Source: Clostridia bacterium
GTDB taxonomy: Bacteria; Bacillota; Clostridia; Christensenellales; UBA1242
Length of the DNA stretch: 64,000 bases
Assembly: GCA_017453125.1 (NCBI GenBank)
Contig: JAFTKS010000012.1
Span: 26,632 to 90,631, forward strand
Reading direction: 5' to 3'
Below the pieces are notes generated by a model. That model had not been told where the DNA came from and ran no database searches. It saw only the letters and a program-made list of their open reading frames with translations. Below, piece by piece: positions 57,486 through 64,000 of this stretch; the first letter of the stretch is position 1; each line of letters begins with the position of its first letter. The translations under genes and the position numbers were made by a program.

Positions 57486-60400
57486 TTATTCTGTTCTTAG
57501 TGCAACTACAGGATCTTTTTTCGATGCACTTCGTGATGGAATCAATCCTGAGAATAAAGTCAACGCCATACTAATTGCAATTAAGACAAGCGCTGCAGGA
57601 ATTGACAAAAATGCTTTTAAATTAGCAAGCCCTGTTAGAGCCTTCAATATTAAATTGATTGGAATACATAATAAATATGTCACCAAGACTCCAAGTAGCC
57701 CTGAAGAAAAACCAATTATCAAGGTTTCGGCATTAAACATACTTGACACATCTCTCTTGGACGCTCCAATTGCCCTTAAAATTCCTATTTCTTTGGTTCT
57801 TTCTTGAACTGAAATCAAAGTAATTACACCTATCATAATTGAAGATACTACTAAAGAAATGGCAACAAATGCAATAAGGACATATGTGATAGCATCAATA
57901 ATTGTCGTAATTGATGACATCATCAACCCCAAATAATCTACATACTTAATCTTTTGTTCCTCATCAACTGTTGAATTATATTTATCTATTGCACTTGAAA
58001 CCAAGTCTTTATTTTCGAATGAATTAACATAAATATTAATCGCCATAGGAGAATCTATATCAACACAGCCAAGACGAATCAAAATATCTTCATAAGAATA
58101 ATCTGAGAATTCTGTAACATTATCATAATATCTAACACAATCTGCCGTAATTGCTGTAGTCATTAGCGAAACTAAATTACCTGCCAATTCAGACTCTGGT
58201 GTATTTTTATAATCTTCTTTAACTGTATCGATATGCTCTTGTTGAACCAATGACACACAAACACTGAATGCTAAACCTTGAATTTGTTCATCGGACATTT
58301 CATCAAAATAACCTTCTAGAGATTCAGCAGAAACACCTAACTGTTCAGCCAAGGTTTGAGAAATTAAGGTTTTTTGAGACTCAATTGTTGGATAAGATTG
58401 CATTTTTACGAAAGTTCTTGTTTTCAATTCTTCATCTGTAAGCAAACACTTAATCGCAACAAAAGTCTCTGCTTTTGATTTCTCATTCAAATTGTTAACA
58501 TACTCTCTAAATGCATTTTCTTTTTCTTGGTCACTTAATATGTTTGTTGAAGATTCAAAAGGCTTTCCTGTAGTAACATCTATAGTTGGACTTTGAAGTT
58601 GTGCTTTGACAACATCTGATTCCAATGCCTGATTTATTATATGTTGTGTAAGTAAATGAGTATAACCGATACCCGTTTCCAAAAGTGATGCATCGGCATC
58701 TTTCTTTGGACGAACAATTCCTGTAATTTTCAACTCCAAAGCACTTTCATACAATGTCGCCAAAACGGTATCAATATTACTGTAGTTTGTATAAATACCA
58801 TCATTGTCATAATCGTAATAAAAATCTGATGGAAGAATTGACTTGAATTTTTTTGCCTTAATTTCGTCATAAGACCACTTTGTTTTTGTAGACTCTGAAA
58901 CATTTTCTGACCCGGTTGCATTAATAATGGAATCAATCTCTTCTTTGCTAATCAAGCCCAAAGCATACAAAGTAAGGTCATCTATTTCGTTGTTTTCATT
59001 AACAATAAGCACAATTTCATCATATTCATTTGGCCAAGAACCACCATTATCTATCAATTCATATTGCTCAGTCACCAAGTCATTGACCATTTTTCCATTT
59101 TCAACGCCTGGAAGAATCTCTTGCCAAAGATCAACCTTCATCATAGAAGTCATCATTCCACTACCAGTCTGCGTTGAAGATGCTTGATCACCACTAGCTC
59201 CACCCTCAGTAGCAATCTTCATCATATAATTACCTATCATTTCTTGTAGCAATTCAGTAGTATCTGATTTAATTATCTCATCATCTAGTTCATTCTTTGT
59301 ATATATAGACATTTCCAAATTATACGAATATTGAACACCAGTTACCGATTTTTGCAAATCAGAGCCCTCAATTGCTATTTCATTTTCTAGATAATCCTTA
59401 AACGAAGACAAATCATTTTTACTTCCCTCAATTTTGCTCAATGATTCAACAAGTTCTGCTACAATAGGATCCTTATATACAGCATCTTTTTCGTGAGTCA
59501 ACTCACCTTTTCCGACACTCATAAAACTTGTCATAAGGCTTGACATATCTATTGTTGTTTCTTCCAATGTTATTGGATAAGATGCAAGAGTCGTCTCTTG
59601 AACGTGATCAATATATCTTGTCATTCCTTGAGAAACTGCAAGGATTAAAGCAATACCAATTATACCAATACTACCTGCGAATGAGGTCAAGCAAGTTCTA
59701 CCTTTCTTGGTAAATAAATTTTTCAAAGACAACTTAAATGCTGTCCAGAATGACATTGATGGTTTCTTTTTATTCTCCGACTTTCCCTTCTTGAGCTCTT
59801 TCTTCTGAACTCTATTATATCCAAGATCAGTATAAGGTTTTGTGTCGCCCGTAATTTTCCCATCAAGCATATTAATAATTCTTGTAGAATATTTCTCAGC
59901 AAGTTCTGGATTATGTGTAACCATTACAACAAGTCTGTCTTGGGAAATCTTCTTCAAAATTTCCATTACCTGAACACTTGTTTCTGTATCTAGTGCACCA
60001 GTTGGCTCGTCTGCCAAAATAATCTCTGGATTATTTGCCAAAGCTCTTGCAATTGCCACCCTTTGCATCTGACCTCCAGACATTGCATTTGGCTTTTTAT
60101 GTAACTGATCGCCAAGTCCAACATCTTGAAGAGCCTTAATTGCACGCTCTCTCCTTTCAGATTTGGAAACACCAGATATTGTCAAAGCAATTTCTACGTT
60201 CTGAAGTACTGTTTGATGAGGGATAAGATTATAAGACTGAAATACAAAGCCCACTGAATGATTTCTATATGCATCCCAATCTCTATCTTTGAATTCTTTG
60301 GTTGATACTTCATTGATAATCAAATCACCTTCAGTGTATTGATCAAGCCCACCAATAATATTAAGCATAGTAGTTTTTCCACAACCTGAAGGTCCAAGAA

Positions 60401-60506
60401 TTGAAACAAACTCACTATTACGAAAATTAATACTCACACCCTTAAGGGCTACAACTTCGTTTTCACCACTCAAATATTTCTTTACAATATCTTTAATCTG
60501 AATCAT
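57486..60506 (-). CDS. ABC transporter, fused ATPase and FtsX-type permease (MacB-like)
   Basis: GPSGCGKT, MSGGQMQRVAIARAL, DEPTGALD; C-terminal ERTKEIGILRAIGAS and TM helices. Confidence 0.92.
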   Translation of the reverse strand: MIQIKDIVKKYLSGENEVVALKGVSINFRNSEFVSILGPSGCGKTTMLNIIGGLDQYTEGDLIINEVSTKEFKDRDWDAYRNHSVGFVFQSYNLIPHQTVLQNVEIALTISGVSKSERRERAIKALQDVGLGDQLHKKPNAMSGGQMQRVAIARALANNPEIILADEPTGALDTETSVQVMEILKKISQDRLVVMVTHNPELAEKYSTRIINMLDGKITGDTKPYTDLGYNRVQKKELKKGKSENKKKPSMSFWTAFKLSLKNLFTKKGRTCLTSFAGSIGIIGIALILAVSQGMTRYIDHVQETTLASYPITLEETTIDMSSLMTSFMSVGKGELTHEKDAVYKDPIVAELVESLSKIEGSKNDLSSFKDYLENEIAIEGSDLQKSVTGVQYSYNLEMSIYTKNELDDEIIKSDTTELLQEMIGNYMMKIATEGGASGDQASSTQTGSGMMTSMMKVDLWQEILPGVENGKMVNDLVTEQYELIDNGGSWPNEYDEIVLIVNENNEIDDLTLYALGLISKEEIDSIINATGSENVSESTKTKWSYDEIKAKKFKSILPSDFYYDYDNDGIYTNYSNIDTVLATLYESALELKITGIVRPKKDADASLLETGIGYTHLLTQHIINQALESDVVKAQLQSPTIDVTTGKPFESSTNILSDQEKENAFREYVNNLNEKSKAETFVAIKCLLTDEELKTRTFVKMQSYPTIESQKTLISQTLAEQLGVSAESLEGYFDEMSDEQIQGLAFSVCVSLVQQEHIDTVKEDYKNTPESELAGNLVSLMTTAITADCVRYYDNVTEFSDYSYEDILIRLGCVDIDSPMAINIYVNSFENKDLVSSAIDKYNSTVDEEQKIKYVDYLGLMMSSITTIIDAITYVLIAFVAISLVVSSIMIGVITLISVQERTKEIGILRAIGASKRDVSSMFNAETLIIGFSSGLLGVLVTYLLCIPINLILKALTGLANLKAFLSIPAALVLIAISMALTLFSGLIPSRSASKKDPVVALRTE

Positions 60507-60688
60507 TATTTACCCCGATAAATATAGTTTTTACTTCAAACTTTTAATAATAAAAATTATTGCATAGATTGATTTTTCTGTCAACGAAAATATATTTAAC
60601 ATAAAAATATATTTAATATATTTTTTTAATATGCCAAATAGAGATAATATCCCACAATATTCATAAAAAAACTAGGAATCTGAGAACC

Positions 60689-61516
60689 CTAGTTTTGTAT
60701 ATTTCTTATATGCTTTTGTTTTATTTTTTTTGAAATAAGGCTTATTCCCATTGCTACAAGCAATATAAGAAATGACGCAACTGAGAAAGCAAACACATAC
60801 AGGAACAAGAAAATAAAATAATTAACCTTATGCCAAATAATATTAAATACTGGTAATGTAGACTCAAAATATGGACTTATATAAAACATATTAAAAGTTT
60901 CATCACCAACAAAACCAGTCCATATAGCAATACAATTTAATAACATTGCAACAAATACTAAACTAGCAAAAACACATATTGCTTTCAAAATTGTATTAAA
61001 TTTAAGTTTGCAAGCACCATTTACAATCAATACAACACCCGCAACAACCAATGCTCCGTGATGCACCATTGTTTGAATATTAATACCAATCATTGAGATA
61101 AACATTGTTTCAGGATATAACATTGTAAGAATACCGCTTAATAAAGCAAATGTTCCTAAAAATGAATATAAATATTCCTGAAACTTACCCTCTTTAACCA
61201 GTCCTGCAATAATAAAAATATACATTGGCGACGAACAAAACTGAAATGGAAATGCATACCACTGATAATCCCATTCTCCAACTTCTGAATCATAACTATA
61301 TACAATTTGCTTATAAATCTCCAAGATTAACATAATTAAACCCGTAATAAGCAAAAAACGTTTAATTTTTCTATTATCGGCATTTTTTAATAGTATTGCC
61401 ATTAATATTGTAGTGCCAACAACAATAAACAACCACAATATATGATACCAACCTAAAACAGTTGGTGTCTGCATCTCTCCCTGCAGAAAAAAAACTATTT
61501 TTTCAAACCAATTCAT
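60689..61516 (-). CDS. YwaF-like integral membrane protein
   Basis: WYAFPFQFCS, MVHHG, FNMFYISP; about 7 TM segments. Confidence 0.65.
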   Translation of the reverse strand: MNWFEKIVFFLQGEMQTPTVLGWYHILWLFIVVGTTILMAILLKNADNRKIKRFLLITGLIMLILEIYKQIVYSYDSEVGEWDYQWYAFPFQFCSSPMYIFIIAGLVKEGKFQEYLYSFLGTFALLSGILTMLYPETMFISMIGINIQTMVHHGALVVAGVVLIVNGACKLKFNTILKAICVFASLVFVAMLLNCIAIWTGFVGDETFNMFYISPYFESTLPVFNIIWHKVNYFIFLFLYVFAFSVASFLILLVAMGISLISKKIKQKHIRNIQN

Positions 61517-61760
61517 ATAACTCCTCCTAAGAATATAGTTGTATCAAAATACAAAACAACTCCTTTTATTAATAGTATTTCTCATTTTTAAGAAAAGTCT
61601 CTCAAAAAACACCATATTCTTATAATTAGAATACTACAAACCAACTTTTTTTCAAAACAAAATTTCACAACAATAACAACTTGACAAGGTTCATCATATT
61701 TAATAAAATAAACACATAATTAATAGCCATAATCAAATGGACATTTATTAGGAGAATACA

Positions 61761-62702
61761 ATGCTTTATTTTTGGATTGCAATTGGTTTATTTACAATTC
61801 TACTTCTCACTTTGAGTATTTCATATTATTGTTATAGAAGAGTTTTTCGTGCACCAAAACGCAAAAATTTAGGCGAAGACGAGTTTGAGATACCAGATGG
61901 AGAGGTTTATCTACCATTCAAAGATGCAATGATAGACTGGATTAAGAAAGTAAGAGCAATGCCTCACGAAGATTTATCAATCACTTCAATTGACGGACTA
62001 ACCCTAAAAGGCAAATATTATGAATGCAAAAAAGGCGCACCAATTGAACTATTATTCCACGGCTATCAAGGCAATGGTGAAAGAGACCTTAGCGGTGGCG
62101 TTGAAAGATGTTTTTCTCTTGGAAGAAATGCAATTATAATAGACCAAAGAGCCTGTGGAGAAAGCGAAGGAAAAGTAATAACATTCGGCATCAAAGAACA
62201 CTTGGATTGTTTAAAATGGATTGACTTTGTAATATATCATTTCGGAGAGAAATGTGAAATTATTTTAACGGGAATTTCTATGGGTGCAGCAACAGTAATG
62301 ATGACTGCCAACAAAAATCTTCCTACAAATGTAAAATATATCCTTGCAGATTGTGGATACACCTCTCCTAAAGCAATTATTCAAAAAGTTATAAAAGATA
62401 TGAAACTTCCACCAAAACTCATTTTCCCCTTTGTAAAGATTGGCGCAAAATTATTCGGCCATTTCAACTTAACTGAAACTTCACCAATTGAATGTGTACA
62501 AAACGCAAAAAAACCTATCATATTCATACACGGAGAAAACGACGATTTTGTTCCTTGCGATATGAGCAAAGAATTATTTCAAGCCTGTTCATCAAACAAA
62601 AGCCTTGTCACAATCCCTCAAGCCGGTCACGGACTTGCCTATCCTGTCGACAAACAAAAATATCTCCAAGCACTCAAAGACTTTGAGAAAGTTTGGAAAT
62701 AA
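61761..62702 (+). CDS. Alpha/beta hydrolase with an N-terminal membrane anchor
   Basis: FHGY, GISMGA nucleophile elbow, ADCGY, IHGENDDFVP, GHG. Confidence 0.9.
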   Translation: MLYFWIAIGLFTILLLTLSISYYCYRRVFRAPKRKNLGEDEFEIPDGEVYLPFKDAMIDWIKKVRAMPHEDLSITSIDGLTLKGKYYECKKGAPIELLFHGYQGNGERDLSGGVERCFSLGRNAIIIDQRACGESEGKVITFGIKEHLDCLKWIDFVIYHFGEKCEIILTGISMGAATVMMTANKNLPTNVKYILADCGYTSPKAIIQKVIKDMKLPPKLIFPFVKIGAKLFGHFNLTETSPIECVQNAKKPIIFIHGENDDFVPCDMSKELFQACSSNKSLVTIPQAGHGLAYPVDKQKYLQALKDFEKVWK

Positions 62703-62717
62703 AAAAAATCACAGAAA

Positions 62718-64000
62718 TTATTTATCTGTGATTTTTTTATTTTTGTATTTTTTTGTTTTTTCATAGTTAATTTTGTACATCTCTTCTGCCGCCAAACAAA
62801 GCTTTGACACTGCTGGTTGTTGGTTTGGGAAACAATAAATGGTATCATTGCTTGTTGACAAAGCAATACTATCTGCTTTTTTAACTCTTTCTAAATCATA
62901 CTCTACATAAATTGCAATTGTTTCCAAAGGCGTCCATTGTTTTCTAAACTTTTGACCTCTATGTTCTCCTGTTATAACAAAACCTTCTTCTAAATTATGA
63001 GTTAATCGACCTTTTCCAATTGACCTATATTTCCAACAATGTGGTTGACCATACAAATCAACCTCATCATCAAAAGCATATTTGCCTTCTTCTATTTCTT
63101 TTCGTACCTGAGACCTTTCCCATTCATACCAATCAGGAATATGGTCAAATTCTGTTTTCCCTTCTAGAGCCTCAAGATAGCCATCTTCTCTCCACGTCCA
63201 ACGCTTACCACATTCTTCACAAAAAATCTCAGAACCCTTGCTTGACATTTTGAATTCTGTCATGCAATTTGGACACTGATACAACACCTTATGTAGTCCC
63301 TCTGCTCTATATGGCTCTTTTATAAGTATTCCATTGTCTTTTTGGTACTTATAATCATCATACTCCAAAGCCTTGCGAATTATTTCATTAATCTTGTCAA
63401 CACTCATTTCTTCAATTTGTTCGGCTGTTAAAACTTGAGTAAGAGTTGTATAGAAAGGTACTTTTCTTTTTTTCTTATGATCCCATACTGGAGAAAACAA
63501 ATGATGTCCGTGATGACATGCAACAACAACAGGAACTTTGTTCTTCTTAATTAAATTTGCCAAGGAATCTGGAAAAACGCCCGTTGTTCCAATTGGAGAA
63601 TATCTCGCCTCGGGATACATTGTAAGAACATCTCCCCTGTTTAAAACCTTCTTGATAGACTTGATCAAATGCAAATCCTGAGAATACTTTCTAGTAGCAA
63701 TTGACCCAATCCACTCCAACAACCAAGGTCTTCTATAAAATCCGTCAATATTCACAACATTATTCATTCGTTGTGGATATGTAGCAAGAGACAACATTTC
63801 AAAATCAACAAATGCCATATGATTGCCAAGAAGCATATATGGAGGTTTCAATCCTTCCATATTAATTTTTTCTATCTTTTTTTCTTTGTTTCTTAGCATC
63901 ATTTTTGACAAAACCCAAATCAACCAAGTAAAAAATTTTGGTTGACGAATTGGATACTTTGCTGTTTTATAATGCTTTTTGTTTCTATAATTTATATTAC
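62718..64000 (-). CDS. Lysophospholipid acyltransferase family protein with a C-terminal Cys cluster; 5' end beyond the window
   Basis: NHMAFVD (HX4D), MYPEARYS, YQCPNC..CEEC; the frame stays open from 63923 to the window edge. Confidence 0.8.
   Translation of the reverse strand, partial: NINYRNKKHYKTAKYPIRQPKFFTWLIWVLSKMMLRNKEKKIEKINMEGLKPPYMLLGNHMAFVDFEMLSLATYPQRMNNVVNIDGFYRRPWLLEWIGSIATRKYSQDLHLIKSIKKVLNRGDVLTMYPEARYSPIGTTGVFPDSLANLIKKNKVPVVVACHHGHHLFSPVWDHKKKRKVPFYTTLTQVLTAEQIEEMSVDKINEIIRKALEYDDYKYQKDNGILIKEPYRAEGLHKVLYQCPNCMTEFKMSSKGSEIFCEECGKRWTWREDGYLEALEGKTEFDHIPDWYEWERSQVRKEIEEGKYAFDDEVDLYGQPHCWKYRSIGKGRLTHNLEEGFVITGEHRGQKFRKQWTPLETIAIYVEYDLERVKKADSIALSTSNDTIYCFPNQQPAVSKLCLAAEEMYKINYEKTKKYKNKKITDK

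Noticed and set aside
57077-57574. Four short ORFs in the track over the tRNA-Lys repeats
   Set aside because: They are translations of the repeat on both strands, with no RBS or protein-like features.
61538-61560. GTTGTATCAAAA matches the left half of the island dyad, upstream of the YwaF-like gene
   Set aside because: The right half-site is AAAACA rather than GATACA and the flanks differ; it is better explained by a local GTTGT..ACAAC hairpin. Worth rescoring if a PWM is built.

Overview
Low-GC chromosomal window from a spore-forming Clostridia-type Firmicute (spoIIAA-spoIIAB-sigF, spoVAC, ytfJ, yqfCD, L27 with Prp extension). Bases 1 to about 21.3 kb are an accessory, defence-like island. 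It holds a type III R-M pair (mod/res) with an upstream SNF2 helicase and an inserted DUF4160 gene. It also holds an unassigned module: a ~1160-aa sigma70-r4-HTH protein, a 73-aa helical protein, a 20-aa sORF, a GHKL/MORC-type ATPase, a 'YPYPVL' protein and a DUF6339-like protein. Further island genes are a SLOG protein, twin XRE regulators and a short cassette-like array bounded by repeated terminators. The island abuts a spoVAD gene that breaks off at codon ~208, suggesting an element integrated inside a sporulation gene whose other end lies left of the window. The remainder is mostly core genome: the sigF operon, six tRNAs plus tRNA-Lys, plsC-cmk-rluB-dacB-scpAB, dnaG-sigA-trmK, a frameshifted ppdK, recO-era-ybeY-yqfDC-floA, rplU-prp-rpmA, rsmD, alr and an ABC transporter. 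Non-coding highlights are a structured element with covarying stems placed after both tRNA-Tyr and tRNA-Lys, each time with a duplicated tRNA 3' end, a 43-bp att-like tRNA-Tyr duplication, and a 29-bp dyad operator near both visible ends of the island. All family assignments come from motif recognition by eye; no database search was run.
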